This document shows, piece by piece, positions 39,873-51,292 of a stretch of 64,000 bases of DNA. Every line of letters starts with the position of its first letter. Within the stretch, counting starts at the first letter, position 1. The notes under the pieces are model-generated. The model worked only from the letters and a program-made list of their open reading frames with translations, was not told the origin of the DNA and made no database searches. The stretch covers positions 16,527 through 80,526 of the forward strand of contig CAQIBN010000003.1 in assembly GCA_948805675.1 (NCBI GenBank). The letters are read 5' to 3'. The position numbers and the translations under genes were made by a program. This DNA comes from an uncultured Clostridia bacterium (GTDB taxonomy: Bacteria > Bacillota > Clostridia > TANB77 > CAG-508).

Positions 39873-41537
39873 ATGAAAAAAAAGAAGATACTTATTCCTT
39901 TTCTAATTATATTTATATTAGTAATAAATATATTAGTTTCTACAATATATAAAGGGTATATATCATTTGCAGTAGATACACAAGGAGAATCTAATGTAAG
40001 TGTTGTTGTTGATAGTGTAGATTTAAATAATATAAAAATAATTATGGGGGGAAACTTCGAATCAAATATTGTTTCTATAAAATATACAGATGGAGGACGT
40101 GTAAGTAAGGATGAGGTTATTGATTATTTTAGTAATCAGAGTAATCACATTACTGACATAACAAATCAAAACAAGGGAGCTTCTCCAAACGTTTTAGCTG
40201 TAACAATAGAACATGCAGGTCAAGGTAAAGAGTATACTATTTTAGTAGTTTTTGAAGATGGGACAGCACAGATTGGATATGCTACTATTGGAAAACATAT
40301 AAGTGGAAGTATGAATATAGGATATGAATATAAGAGTCCACTGTTAACAATTAATGCTACAAGTACTCCAAACAATATTGTATTATTAAAAATAGCTAAA
40401 GCTTCGGAGATATCAGACATTAGTGATTTTGAAATAAAAGCAACAGAAATACCAATTAAATCTTCTACAGATGTAAAAGCTACATATGAAATCAAAGAAC
40501 AAGGTATTTACAAAATATATATAAAGGATTCTGAGGGGAATTCTCATGTGAAGGAAACTGATTATTTAGAACTAACTTCTACAAAAACAATAGAAATTGT
40601 CCATAAAAAAGGCAATAATAGCGCACTTTTAATTAAAGCAGAAGATTCAGCACATAAAATAATAGAAATGAAAATAATCTTATCAGATAATGAAGTATCC
40701 TTAGATGATATAGAAAAAAATGGTACATCGATAAATATAACTTCAGGTACGAAAGTCCAAGGTGAATATATCATTTCAGGAGATTATACATATGTTAATG
40801 TATATCTAAAAGACGAATATGGTGCTACATATAAATATGGACAGACAATAAATTCAATTAAGGAAGATAGTGCAATAGTTGTTCCAGTAGAGCCAGAGCC
40901 AATACCAGAGCCAACACCAGAGCCAACTCCAGAGCCAGCACCAGAGCCAACACCAGAGCCAACACCAGAACCAACACCAGAACCAGCGCCAGAGCCAACA
41001 CCAGAACCAACACCAGAGCCAACACCAGAACCAACACCAGAGCCAGCACCAGAACCAACACCAGAACCAACACCAGAACCAACACCAGAGCCAGTGCCAG
41101 AGCCAACTCCAGAACCAACGCCAGAACCAACACCAGAGCCAGCACCAGAACCAACACCAGAACCAACACCAGAACCAACACCAGAGCCAGTGCCAGAGCC
41201 AACTCCAGAACCAACGCCAGATCCAATTCCTAGTAATCCACAAGGAAGTATGTTAGTGCCATTGCCTGACAATGACAATAGTGGAATGTTTGGAAACGTA
41301 AATAATATAGAAGATATGGGTTTAAATAATGGAACTACTAATACAAATAATAATAATAATAGTAGTGAAAATAACTATAAATATAATGAAACTAATATAC
41401 AAGAAAATTCTACTAATAGTAGTAATAATGAATCTTTACCGAAAACAGGTGTAGAAGACACAGGAATTATTTTACTAATTATTACATTATTGGGAGTTGC
41501 CATAATATCGCTAGTTAAATTTGTTAGAATTAAATAG
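39873..41537 (+). CDS. LPXTG-anchored cell-surface protein with a long Pro-Glu-Pro-Thr repeat stalk.
   Basis: Signal peptide, Ig-like region, then a run of '([12 protein letters not shown])' residues about 115 aa long. Sorting signal 'LPKTG' plus hydrophobic segment plus 'RIK' tail. Confidence 0.75.
   Translation: MKKKKILIPFLIIFILVINILVSTIYKGYISFAVDTQGESNVSVVVDSVDLNNIKIIMGGNFESNIVSIKYTDGGRVSKDEVIDYFSNQSNHITDITNQNKGASPNVLAVTIEHAGQGKEYTILVVFEDGTAQIGYATIGKHISGSMNIGYEYKSPLLTINATSTPNNIVLLKIAKASEISDISDFEIKATEIPIKSSTDVKATYEIKEQGIYKIYIKDSEGNSHVKETDYLELTSTKTIEIVHKKGNNSALLIKAEDSAHKIIEMKIILSDNEVSLDDIEKNGTSINITSGTKVQGEYIISGDYTYVNVYLKDEYGATYKYGQTINSIKEDSAIVVPVEPEPIPEPTPEPTPEPAPEPTPEPTPEPTPEPAPEPTPEPTPEPTPEPTPEPAPEPTPEPTPEPTPEPVPEPTPEPTPEPTPEPAPEPTPEPTPEPTPEPVPEPTPEPTPDPIPSNPQGSMLVPLPDNDNSGMFGNVNNIEDMGLNNGTTNTNNNNNSSENNYKYNETNIQENSTNSSNNESLPKTGVEDTGIILLIITLLGVAIISLVKFVRIK
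40875..41220 (+). repeat. Tandem 12-nt coding repeat ('CCAGARCCAACA' family), about 29 copies, encoding the PEPT stalk.
   Basis: Direct reading of 40861..41225. The minus-strand ORFs reported here (40784..41278, 40854..41243, 40858..41226) are repeat artefacts. Confidence 0.85.
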
Positions 41538-41610
41538 AGAAAGAGGCTATAAACTTACTATAAAAGTATAGTTTGTAATAGCCTCTTTTTAGAATTAATT
41601 AATGTAAATT

Positions 41611-42996
41611 TTATTGCTTAAATATTTCATTTAATTTTGTATTGTAATAAGTTTGTGTATTGTTTTTAGTTACTATAATGTAGTTAGAATAAATTGAAAT
41701 CTGACTATCACTATCAAAATTCATAGATTTTCCAGTTAAAAGATTATATACGCAAATTTGTTTTGAATCTGTAGCTTTAGCTTTTACAAAAGTACTTTGT
41801 GTATATGTATCAATTTTAGGAGATTTAAAACTAAATATTGACTTTTTATTTTTTAAATCAATTAGTTCATAAATATCATCTTTTTTTGTAAAAACTAATT
41901 CTTTTCTTGTTTTTGATTTAATAAAGTTAAAAGTTGTTGGTGATAAAAATTCTATATCATCATATTCACAAGGCAATATGGTAGTATTTTCTTTCATAAC
42001 ACCATGTTTATTATTTGAGCTAAAAGATATATATCCAGTTAGACTTTCTATAGAATTATTTATTTCATTAAATGGCTTTTCAGACAACATTTTTTTATTT
42101 TTTACATCATAATATGAATAACGGTTTGAGTGATCTTTAGTATTATCATATATCTGAAGAATTTTATTTTTAATATCATAATACGAAATTTCTACGTTAT
42201 CAGATGTCTCATATGCTATTTTATTTTTAGATAAACATATTATAGATTTCTCTTTATCATTTAATGATATTGTAAAAATATTATTATCATCCACAAGTAT
42301 AGACTTATCTGTATAATCATATACAATTTTACCATTTTTTAAGTTAACAATTGCATATTTTTTATTATCTATATTTATTTTGGCATATTGTTCGTTTAAA
42401 CTTTCATCAACCTCAGAAATTGTACATGAGAAAAATTCCTCAGAGTCTTTAAATTTATATGAATATAATCTTTTTCCTCTTTTATTTAATATACCACCTT
42501 CTATGGGTTTATTATTTTTATCATATTTTATATATGAAGAATACCCTTGGCCTTTATATGACACTTTTATATTATCATCTGTTAAAGACTTAAGATTTTC
42601 ATTATATAATTTATTATCTGCGATATATAATCCATATTCTGATATATATTTTATATTAGATTGAGATGATAGTTGTACATTCCCTTTTTGGTCAATCACA
42701 CAATATTTATTGTTATTATTTTCTTGTAGTTCTACAATTGCATAATCATCATAAAAAGGATTGGCTAGGTTGTATTGAGCAGAGATTATGCTTTTTCCAT
42801 TAGATGCAGAAATGTAACCATATAAATTATTTTGCTTAACAGGAATAGGTTTATTAGGGTCAAGAGTTAAACCTATAAAGTAGTCGTCATTTTTGTGAAT
42901 TAATGTATAAAATAATATTGTAATTATTATTATAAGAATAGCTATTATAGTACTTATTATTGGTAACACTTTTTTTATTTTTAAATCTTCGTCCAT
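41611..42996 (-). CDS. Membrane-anchored hypothetical protein (461 aa, repeated beta-rich modules).
   Basis: N-terminal TM 'VLPIISTIIAILIIIITILFYTLI'. Convergent with the upstream gene, with a shared hairpin at 41541..41592. Confidence 0.4.
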   Translation of the reverse strand: MDEDLKIKKVLPIISTIIAILIIIITILFYTLIHKNDDYFIGLTLDPNKPIPVKQNNLYGYISASNGKSIISAQYNLANPFYDDYAIVELQENNNNKYCVIDQKGNVQLSSQSNIKYISEYGLYIADNKLYNENLKSLTDDNIKVSYKGQGYSSYIKYDKNNKPIEGGILNKRGKRLYSYKFKDSEEFFSCTISEVDESLNEQYAKINIDNKKYAIVNLKNGKIVYDYTDKSILVDDNNIFTISLNDKEKSIICLSKNKIAYETSDNVEISYYDIKNKILQIYDNTKDHSNRYSYYDVKNKKMLSEKPFNEINNSIESLTGYISFSSNNKHGVMKENTTILPCEYDDIEFLSPTTFNFIKSKTRKELVFTKKDDIYELIDLKNKKSIFSFKSPKIDTYTQSTFVKAKATDSKQICVYNLLTGKSMNFDSDSQISIYSNYIIVTKNNTQTYYNTKLNEIFKQ

Positions 42997-43225
42997 TTAA
43001 TTACCTCCTTCATAATATAAATTTTATATAATAATAAAATAAAAGTCAATTAAAAAAATATAAAAAATTTAATATGGATATTATGTGAAATATATTGACT
43101 TTTTATATTTAAAAATTATAAAATAATAAAAGGAGGTTATAATCGAAAATACAATTTAAGATATGAAAGATAACTTTTTGTAAATGAAATTATAAATAAA
43201 TTATTAAAATACTAGGAGGAAAAAT

Positions 43226-44437
43226 ATGGGATTAATTAAAGCAGTATCAGGTGCTATAGGAAGCACTCTTAAAGACCAATGGAAAGAGGCTATTAGATGT
43301 GAGGATTTAGGAAATGATATATTAATGGTAAAAAAGACTACTCCAAATGGGGTAATATCTAATAAAAGTACAATAATAGTAGCACCAGGACAATGTGCTA
43401 TTATATATGATAATGGTAGAGTTATAGATGCAACAGCAGAAGAAGGAATATATACTCTAGATGACTCAAGTACACCTTCTTTCTTTGCAGGTCAATTTGG
43501 AGCAGTTTTTAAAGAAATGTGGCAAAGATTTACATATAATGGTGCTACAGCAAAGCAACAGGCAGTATTCTTCTTTAATATAAAAGAGATAATTGATAAT
43601 AAATTTGGTACTCCAGCTCCTGTACCATTTCAAGATTGGTCACATCCAATACCAAATCAAATGACTGGTCAAATGTTGCCATTAAGAGTAGAGGTAAAAT
43701 GTTTTGGAAAATATACATTCAAAATTATTAATCCAGCATTATTTATGAATGAAATTTCTGGAACAGCAGATGTATACAGAAAAACTCAGTTAATAGAACA
43801 AATGAGGGCAGAAGTTATTTCTTCATTTCAAAATGTGCTAAATGAATTAGGAAATTCTAATTATAAAGTACCAGTTTTAGAATTACCAAGTCAAACAGAT
43901 GAAATAAAAGAATTAATGGATCAAAAGGTATTTGACGATTCTATTAGAAGAAGAGGAATATCTATACTTGGATTTGCGGTGGAATCAGTTACTTTAGATG
44001 ACGAATCAGAAAAGAAAATAGATAGTTATGAATTAAGTTCAAATGCATATATGCAACAAGGAACATTAGTGAATGCATATTCAAATGCAGTACAAGATGC
44101 AGCTAAAAATACAAATGGAGCAACAAATGGGTTTATGGGAATTGGAATGATGAATATGTCTTCTGCAGGAGTAATAGGTGGAGCTACAGCAGGACCTTGG
44201 CAAAATACAGAAAATAGTGTAGTAAAGGAAAAACAAACACAAAAGGTTGATACAGTAGAGGATAACTCAGTGAAATTGGACTCTTGGCTATGCCCAAATT
44301 GCAAAAAAGAAGTAACAGGAAACTTTTGCTCACAATGTGGAGCTAAAAAAACAACAGAAAAGTTTTGCTCAAATTGTGGAAAAAAGGCAAGTAATGATGC
44401 AAAATTTTGTACAGAATGTGGAACTAAATTAGTATAA
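43226..44437 (+). CDS. SPFH/band-7-like protein with a C-terminal double zinc-ribbon.
   Basis: N-terminal 'MGLIKAVSGAIGSTLKDQWKE' SPFH-like region. C-terminal 'CPNCKKEVTGNFCSQCGAKK...CSNCGKKASNDAKFCTECGTK' has four CxxC pairs. Confidence 0.5.
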   Translation: MGLIKAVSGAIGSTLKDQWKEAIRCEDLGNDILMVKKTTPNGVISNKSTIIVAPGQCAIIYDNGRVIDATAEEGIYTLDDSSTPSFFAGQFGAVFKEMWQRFTYNGATAKQQAVFFFNIKEIIDNKFGTPAPVPFQDWSHPIPNQMTGQMLPLRVEVKCFGKYTFKIINPALFMNEISGTADVYRKTQLIEQMRAEVISSFQNVLNELGNSNYKVPVLELPSQTDEIKELMDQKVFDDSIRRRGISILGFAVESVTLDDESEKKIDSYELSSNAYMQQGTLVNAYSNAVQDAAKNTNGATNGFMGIGMMNMSSAGVIGGATAGPWQNTENSVVKEKQTQKVDTVEDNSVKLDSWLCPNCKKEVTGNFCSQCGAKKTTEKFCSNCGKKASNDAKFCTECGTKLV

Positions 44438-44920
44438 TATACGAGTGAAGAAATTAAAGGAAGTTAAGTAGAAAAATAAATTTATAGGAGACGTTTTACA
44501 TATACTAATTGATATAGAGTATATAACAAAAAAATCAGAGGCGTCTAAGTTAATAATATAAAAAAAGGTATGTGTTTTGATAATACATATCTTTTTTGTT
44601 AGAAATTAATTAATAAAACAATAGTAACTATATAAGTAAGGTTCATATATAATTTATCTTTTTGCTTTAGTATTATAAAAGTTAATATAAAAATTAACTT
44701 GAATTATCTATATAAAATTTTATGTTAATGATAAAATTAAATCATATAAAATATAACAATTTCTATTTAGAGCTAATTAAAAATATTATACAGAATTTTA
44801 TATAAGAAACAGAAAAGGTATAAAGATTTATAAAAAAGTTATGAACATAATAAAAGTTTTTCATGAATAATAAACCAAAAATAGAAAATAATAATATAAA
44901 ATTTGATAGGAGGAATAAGT

Positions 44921-45358
44921 ATGGAAAAAATTTTAATAAGTCTAAATGCTCTACTTGCAGATTTAAATGTATATTTTAGAAAATTACAAAATTATCATTG
45001 GAATGTAGAAGGAAAAGACTTTTTTGTGGTTCATGAGAAATTAGAAGAGTATTACAATTGTATATTTAAACAAATTGATGAAGTAGGAGAACATATTCTA
45101 ATACTTGGAGGTCAGCCTTTAGGAACTCTAAAAGATTATATTAAGATAACAAAAATAAAAGAAGCAGAGAATAAAAAAGTAAAACCTGATGAAATATTTA
45201 ATAATATAACAACAGACTTTTCTACTATTTTGGCAGATATAATTAATATAAAAGAATTAGCAGATAATTCCAAAGAATATGGAACTTCCAGTCTAATGGA
45301 TGAATATATTTTGAAATATACAAAAATAATATGGATGTTAAAACAAAGTATGGAATAA
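44921..45358 (+). CDS. dps: Dps-family ferritin-like DNA-protection protein.
   Basis: 'LADLNVYFRKLQNYHWNVEGKDFFVVHEKLEEYY' with the ferroxidase-site H/E pattern. AGGAGG RBS before ATG 44921. Confidence 0.7.
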   Translation: MEKILISLNALLADLNVYFRKLQNYHWNVEGKDFFVVHEKLEEYYNCIFKQIDEVGEHILILGGQPLGTLKDYIKITKIKEAENKKVKPDEIFNNITTDFSTILADIINIKELADNSKEYGTSSLMDEYILKYTKIIWMLKQSME

Positions 45359-45410
45359 AGTTATAAATATATAATATATATACTAATAAATATATATTTG
45401 GAGGATATTT

Positions 45411-45998
45411 ATGATAAAAATGATAGACTTGCCATATCCAATGAATGCACTAGAACCATATTATACAATGGAAACATTAGATTTACATTATAATGTATTA
45501 TATAAAGGATATGTAGATAACTTTAACAAAACAGAAGAAAAATTAAAAAATGTAAGAGAATCAAACGATTATTCAAATATTAAATGTTTGGAGAAAAATC
45601 TGAGCTTTTTTGGTTCAGGAGCAATTTTACACGAATTATTTTTTATGAATCTTGGGCCTGCTATACCAACAAGTCCAAGTGTAGAACTTATGAATCAAAT
45701 AATAATGGATTTTGGAAGTTTTGAGAAATTTAAAAAGCAATTTTCTGAGGCTTCAAGTCAAGTAGAAGCCTCAGGGTGGTGCTTATTGGTGTGGACTAAT
45801 AGGCTAAATAGATTAAATATATTACAATGCGAAAAACATCAAAATTTAACTCTTTGGGGGTGTAAACCAATACTTGTAATAGATATGTGGGAACATTCAT
45901 ATTATTTACAATATAAAACTAAAAGACCAGAATATATAGATGCCTTTTGGAATATTGTAAATTGGAATGAAGCAAATAAAAGATTTAATAAAAAGTAA
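45411..45998 (+). CDS. Fe/Mn superoxide dismutase family protein (divergent N-terminal motifs).
   Basis: C-terminal 'DMWEHSYYLQYKTKRPEYIDAFWNIVNW' (D-x-W-E-H-x-Y-Y motif). The N-terminal 'HH.KHH' and 'GGH.NH' motifs are degenerate. Confidence 0.6.
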   Translation: MIKMIDLPYPMNALEPYYTMETLDLHYNVLYKGYVDNFNKTEEKLKNVRESNDYSNIKCLEKNLSFFGSGAILHELFFMNLGPAIPTSPSVELMNQIIMDFGSFEKFKKQFSEASSQVEASGWCLLVWTNRLNRLNILQCEKHQNLTLWGCKPILVIDMWEHSYYLQYKTKRPEYIDAFWNIVNWNEANKRFNKK

Positions 45999-46470
45999 TA
46001 AATAAAATACTCTTTTCATAGGATAGATAAATCTAGATTATGGAAAGAGTTTTATGTATAATAGTAAAGTTCTAATATAAACTAAAGTTTAATAAATACA
46101 GGTTTCCTAGTATAAAAAATAATTATACACAATATTTTTCAGAAATTAGCACAAGAATAATTAAACATAGAATGTAATAGTTTTAATTAATGAATGGATA
46201 ATCCAGACCACTATTGTTCTGAAAATATATTATAAATCTTGTATTATAATAATATTATTTTTATATTATAAATAATAAGTAAATGTAACGTTATACAGTA
46301 ATATTTTAGTATAGTTTATAGAAAAAGAAAGTAAGTAGAATTATATTGGAAACAAGAAATATAGTATAACTTAAAAGAGTAGTTAATAATAATTTTGTAA
46401 GATAAAAGCAAGTTAAATAAAAAAATGCAACTTATAACTAAAATGTAAATTAAAAAAGTAAATTCAAGTA

Positions 46471-46500
46471 TTGACAATATTAACCAACTTAGAGTATAAT
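46471..46500 (+). promoter_or_regulatory. Sigma-A-type promoter (TTGACA, 18 nt spacer, TATAAT) for rpsU.
   Basis: TTGACA at 46471..46476 and TATAAT at 46495..46500. A leader of about 100 nt precedes rpsU. Confidence 0.55.
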
Positions 46501-46600
46501 AATGTGCGTACATAGGTAGGATTATAAAGCGAATAAATCCTCCTTAAATATACATCCCATGTAAGGTGGTTCTTAAGATGCCGGAAGGAGGGGAATATTA

Positions 46601-46771
46601 ATGTCAGAGGTTAAAGTTAATAATGGAAATATAGAAGATGCTCTAAAAAGGTTCAAAAGACAATGTGCCAGAAATGGAGTATTGCAAGAAGTTCGTAAAA
46701 GAGAACACTATGAAAAGCCTAGTGTAAAGAGAAAGAAAAAATCAGAGGCTGCAAGAAAAAGAAAATTCTAA
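46601..46771 (+). CDS. rpsU: 30S ribosomal protein S21.
   Basis: '[56 protein letters not shown]'. GGAGGGG RBS. Confidence 0.9.
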   Translation: MSEVKVNNGNIEDALKRFKRQCARNGVLQEVRKREHYEKPSVKRKKKSEAARKRKF

Positions 46772-46951
46772 AATAATAAATATAGGCATTTCCAATAGGA
46801 AATGCTTTTTTTAGAAAATTTAATTATATATAAAAAGTACAAAAAGGTTATAATTTAAAAAAGTTAAATAAAATTTTAAAATTATAATAATATTAAAAGT
46901 ATAAAATATATAAATAAAATACAAATTTATAAAAGTGAAAGGAATGATGTT

Positions 46952-47392
46952 ATGCTTAAAGAAAAGTTGTTAGAAGATTTAAAAAATTCAATGAAAGATA
47001 AGAATGTTCTTAGAAAAAATGTGATACAAATGGTAAGAGCTGGAATATTACAAATAGAAAAGGACAAAAATGTAGAATTAGATGATCAAAAGATATTAGA
47101 GGTTATAGCTAAAGAATGCAAAAAAAGAAAAGATTCACTTTCAGATTATGAAAAAGCAGAAAGACAAGATTTGGTAAATCAAATAAGACAAGAAATAGAA
47201 ATATTAGATGAATATTTACCAAAACAGATGACAGAAGAAGAATTAACAAAAATAATAGAAGAAATAATAAAAGAGCTAGATGCAACAAGTATGAAGGACA
47301 TGGGGCGAATAATGAAAGAGGCAAAAGAAAGAATAGGTCTTGCAGCAGATGGAAAGACAATAAATGAAGTTGTTAAAAAAATATTGGAGTAA
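46952..47392 (+). CDS. GatB/YqeY domain protein.
   Basis: 'MLKEKLLEDLKNSMKDKNVLRKNVIQMVRAGILQIEKDKN...DYEKAERQDLVNQIRQEIEILDEYLPKQMTEEEL'. Conserved position downstream of rpsU. Confidence 0.75.
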   Translation: MLKEKLLEDLKNSMKDKNVLRKNVIQMVRAGILQIEKDKNVELDDQKILEVIAKECKKRKDSLSDYEKAERQDLVNQIRQEIEILDEYLPKQMTEEELTKIIEEIIKELDATSMKDMGRIMKEAKERIGLAADGKTINEVVKKILE

Positions 47393-47554
47393 AGTTATAA
47401 TTTAATTAGAAAAGAAAGTGGAATGAAATATAATATTCTTTAATTTATTCAAAATAATAAAAATAAGACTAAATTTAACTTAAATTTTAGTTTTATTTTT
47501 TTATCTTGTATAATTTTTCCAATATATATTATAATAATAAAAAGAAAGGAAGGA

Positions 47555-48835
47555 ATGGTTATGAATTATATTAAACAAGAAATAAAAAAGGGAATTAATT
47601 TTCATAAAGTAAATACAAATAGATTTAAAACAAATTTATTTGCTATTTTTTTAACTACACCTTTAAAAAAAGAATCAGTAACAGAAAATGCATTATTACC
47701 ACTAGTATTAAAAAGAGGTTCAGCAATAATGCAAACGCAAGAATTAATTTGTAAAAAACTAGAAGATATGTATGGTGCAAGTTTTGATTGTGGTATTGAT
47801 AAGTCAGGAAATAATCATGTAATAAAATTCTATTTAGAAACATTAAATAATAATATGATACCTACAAATGAAAATATAGTAGAAGAAGCTTTTAAGCTAT
47901 TATTTGATATTATATTTAATCCATTAATAATTAATGAAGGTTTTAAAGAGCAATATATTGATGGAGAAAAAAATAAACTAAAGCAAATCATTAATTCTAA
48001 AATTGATAATAAAGCAAAGTATGCTATGGATAGATGTATAGAAGAGATGTATAAAGGTAAACCATATGAATTATGTAAATATGGATATATAGAGGATTTA
48101 AACAAAATTAATGGAGATTCGTTATATGAATATTATAAGCAATTGATAAATGAATGTAAAATCGACATTTTTATTTCTGGAGATGCTGAGGATAATATTA
48201 TAGATATAATAAAAAATAATGAACAAATTAAAAATTTAAATGAAAGAGATGCAAAATATACAATAAATGGTGATAATGAAGAAAAAGACGAAGTAGAAAT
48301 TAAATTAGTAGAAGAGGCTATGGATGTAATGCAAGGAAAATTAGTTCTAGGATTAGATGTAGTAGATGTTGAAGAAAATGAAAAGTATGCAGTATCTGTA
48401 TATAATATTATATTAGGTGGAAGTGCTAATTCTAAGCTATTTCAAAATGTTAGAGAGAAAGCAAGTCTTGCATATACTGCAGGTTCTAGCTATTTAAGAC
48501 AAAAAAATAATATAATAATAAAATGTGGAATAGAAATAGAAAATTATGAAAAAGCTATAGAAATAATAAAAGAACAATTAAAAGAAATGGAAGATGGAAA
48601 ATTTACAGATGAAGATATAGAAAATGCAAAAAACATAATTATATCTACAGTAGATGGAATTCCAGATTCTCAGGATTCCGAGATATCTTACTATCTAGGT
48701 CAAGAGCTTACACGACAATTTGTGTCTTTACATGAGTATATTGAAAAAATAAAAAATGTAAAAAAAGAAGATGTTGAACTTATTTCAAAAAAGATAAAAA
48801 TAAATACAATTTATTTTTTAAAAAATGATAAATAA
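47555..48835 (+). CDS. M16-family peptidase-like protein (non-catalytic partner subunit).
   Basis: Two-domain insulinase-like size. Lacks the HxxEH motif. Paired with the catalytic M16 gene downstream. Confidence 0.55.
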   Translation: MVMNYIKQEIKKGINFHKVNTNRFKTNLFAIFLTTPLKKESVTENALLPLVLKRGSAIMQTQELICKKLEDMYGASFDCGIDKSGNNHVIKFYLETLNNNMIPTNENIVEEAFKLLFDIIFNPLIINEGFKEQYIDGEKNKLKQIINSKIDNKAKYAMDRCIEEMYKGKPYELCKYGYIEDLNKINGDSLYEYYKQLINECKIDIFISGDAEDNIIDIIKNNEQIKNLNERDAKYTINGDNEEKDEVEIKLVEEAMDVMQGKLVLGLDVVDVEENEKYAVSVYNIILGGSANSKLFQNVREKASLAYTAGSSYLRQKNNIIIKCGIEIENYEKAIEIIKEQLKEMEDGKFTDEDIENAKNIIISTVDGIPDSQDSEISYYLGQELTRQFVSLHEYIEKIKNVKKEDVELISKKIKINTIYFLKNDK

Positions 48836-48962
48836 TAATATAATTAATTAAATATAAAGTCTTTGTATAATTTTGAATATAAATAAATCAATATATATTT
48901 AAAAATTAATACTTGTAGAGAGGAGGAAATGTTGGTTTTTGAAACTAACATAAATTAATAAA

Positions 48963-50234
48963 ATGAAATTAATTGAAAGTTTAAATATAAAGGAAAAAGC
49001 CTATATAGAGAAACTAGAAAATGGAATGACAGTAATTATTATTCCAAAGAATACTACTAATAAAAAATATATAATATGGGGAGTAAACTTTGGTTCTATT
49101 GATAATCATTTTAAAATTAATGGTGAAGAAATATATATTCCAGATGGAGTCGCTCATTTCTTAGAACATAAAATGTTTGAGCAAGAAAATGGAACTAATA
49201 GTTTAGATAAACTAATGGCACTTGGAATAGATGCAAATGCATATACAACTAATGACCATACTGCATATTTATTTGAGTGTACAGAACATTTTTATGAAGG
49301 CTTAGATGAATTAATGGATTATGTTCAAAATCCATATTTTACTGATGATAATGTAGAAAAGGAAAAAGGAATCATATCACAAGAAATAAGAATGTATGAT
49401 GATGAACCAGGATGGCAATTGTATATGAGTGTTTTAGATTGTCTATATAAGGAAAATCCAATTAAAATAGATATAGCAGGAACAGTAGACTCTATAAGAA
49501 AGATTAATAAAGATACTTTATATAAATGCTATAATACATTTTATGTACCAAATAATATGACATTAGTTGTATGTGGTAATTTTCAGCCACAAGAAATATT
49601 AAAACAAGTAAAGGACAGGCTAATTAAAAATACAATAGAAGATAAAATAGAGAGAATATATCCGGAAATTGAACAAAAAATAAATAAAAAAAATATAGAG
49701 AAAGAAATGAATGTAAGTATGCCTTTGTTTGCAATAGGATTTAAAGATATTGAAGGTATGAATGATGAAATAGTAAAAAAACATATTGCAATTGAAATAC
49801 TACTTAATATATTAGTTGGGAAAAGCTCAAATTTATATAAAGAACTATATGATGCAGGAACAATATTAGAAGAACCTGATATGGATTATGAATTTTCTAA
49901 ACAATATGCTCATGTAGTAATTTCAGGTCAATCTGAAAAACCAGAAGATATTTATAATAAGCTTAAAAAGCAAATAGAAGAGTATATAAAAAATGGATTG
50001 GATTCGAAACATTTTGAAAGAATAAAAAAGAAAGTATATGGTGATTATGTAGTAGAATATAATAATATATCAGATATTTCTAGAATGTTTTTATCAGATT
50101 CTATGAAAAATATTTCTTCTTTTGACTATATTGAACAATATAATCAAGTAAGTAAAGATTATACACAAAAAATATTAAAAGAAATATTTAATACAGATTC
50201 AATGGTTATGGCAATAATAAAACCAAAAAAGTAG
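48963..50234 (+). CDS. M16-family zinc metallopeptidase (insulinase-like).
   Basis: Inverted zinc-binding motif 'HFLEHKMF' (HxxEH). Confidence 0.75.
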   Translation: MKLIESLNIKEKAYIEKLENGMTVIIIPKNTTNKKYIIWGVNFGSIDNHFKINGEEIYIPDGVAHFLEHKMFEQENGTNSLDKLMALGIDANAYTTNDHTAYLFECTEHFYEGLDELMDYVQNPYFTDDNVEKEKGIISQEIRMYDDEPGWQLYMSVLDCLYKENPIKIDIAGTVDSIRKINKDTLYKCYNTFYVPNNMTLVVCGNFQPQEILKQVKDRLIKNTIEDKIERIYPEIEQKINKKNIEKEMNVSMPLFAIGFKDIEGMNDEIVKKHIAIEILLNILVGKSSNLYKELYDAGTILEEPDMDYEFSKQYAHVVISGQSEKPEDIYNKLKKQIEEYIKNGLDSKHFERIKKKVYGDYVVEYNNISDISRMFLSDSMKNISSFDYIEQYNQVSKDYTQKILKEIFNTDSMVMAIIKPKK

Positions 50235-50524
50235 AAGTGCAATATAAAAAGTAATTATTATAAAAAATAGGTACTTTATGATAATATTTATAACAAAATT
50301 ATTTGAGCTTTCAGATGCAGTTTTTATACTATTTTCGAGGTTTTTGCAATACAAGAAAAGTAAATATATAAAGGTGTAAAACAGTGTCGAAAAATAAGGA
50401 AAAATGTAATACGAAAAAAATGTAAACTCCTTTGAAAACAAGGAAATTTGTTGACGTGTATGTAAAAATATGGTATTTTAAATATATACAAAAGAGAAAC
50501 ACACGAAAAAAGGAGCGTGATTAT

Positions 50525-50701
50525 ATGTTAGATGAAAAAATCTGTAAACTAAGGCAAAAGTTAAATGAGAGTATTATGAAAGGACAAGATTACAATGTAA
50601 CATATAAATTAAGCGTAGAATTAGATAAATTAATTGCACAATATTATAAAAAGAAATTGAGGGGTATAAATAAGAAAATAAAAATACAAAAAAGAAGATA
50701 A
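50525..50701 (+). CDS. Spo0E-like sporulation regulatory phosphatase (small).
   Basis: 'MLDEKICKLRQKLNESIMKGQDYNVTYKLSVELDKLIAQYY' matches the Spo0E-family helix hairpin. AAGGAG RBS before the internal ATG at 50525. Track ORF is 50432..50701. Confidence 0.5.
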   Translation: MLDEKICKLRQKLNESIMKGQDYNVTYKLSVELDKLIAQYYKKKLRGINKKIKIQKRR

Positions 50702-50908
50702 AAGTATATGAATATCTGTTCTTATGAGTGAAGTGAAATGTGAATATATTAAAAGCTTGATATTCTCACATTTTATTTCACTTTTATTTTTATTACTAAA
50801 TAGTTAAAATATGATAAATTTTACTAAAATATGATTGACAATTATAGAAAAATAAGCTATTATAAAATTATATAGATGTTTATTATAGGATATAAGGGAG
50901 GAAAAAGT

Positions 50909-51277
50909 ATGTTAAAAAATAATAAAATGTTAAAAATAAGTTTAGTAGTAATAATGGTAGTAGGAATTATAACAATAAGTTCTATTTCAATGGCTTCTGA
51001 CTCATTTATTGGGGATCAAAACCAATTAAAGCCATCAGTTCCTGAACAGGCATCTGGTATATACAATTTAGGAAATAATCTGTTGGGAATATTTCAAACT
51101 GTTGGTTATATAGCAGCTGTTATTGTATTAGTTTGGTTAGGTATAAAATATATTATGGCATCACCTGATGGCAAAGCAGAAATAAAGAAACAAGCTTTTG
51201 CATATATTTTAGGAGCAATATTACTATTTTCAGCAGCAACAATAGTTACAATTATTAAAGGATTTACTACAATTTAA
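50909..51277 (+). CDS. Maff2-like small membrane protein, paralogue 1.
   Basis: AGGGAGG RBS. Signal/TM then two TM helices. 'GKAEIKKQ' motif shared with the next two genes. Confidence 0.5.
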   Translation: MLKNNKMLKISLVVIMVVGIITISSISMASDSFIGDQNQLKPSVPEQASGIYNLGNNLLGIFQTVGYIAAVIVLVWLGIKYIMASPDGKAEIKKQAFAYILGAILLFSAATIVTIIKGFTTI

Positions 51278-51292
51278 AGAAGAGAGAGAAAT

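Noticed and set aside
40784-41278. Minus-strand ORFs encoding (GSGV)n, (WLWC)n and (LVLA)n low-complexity proteins.
   Set aside because: They are antisense artefacts of the 12-nt PEPT coding repeat in the LPKTG surface protein.
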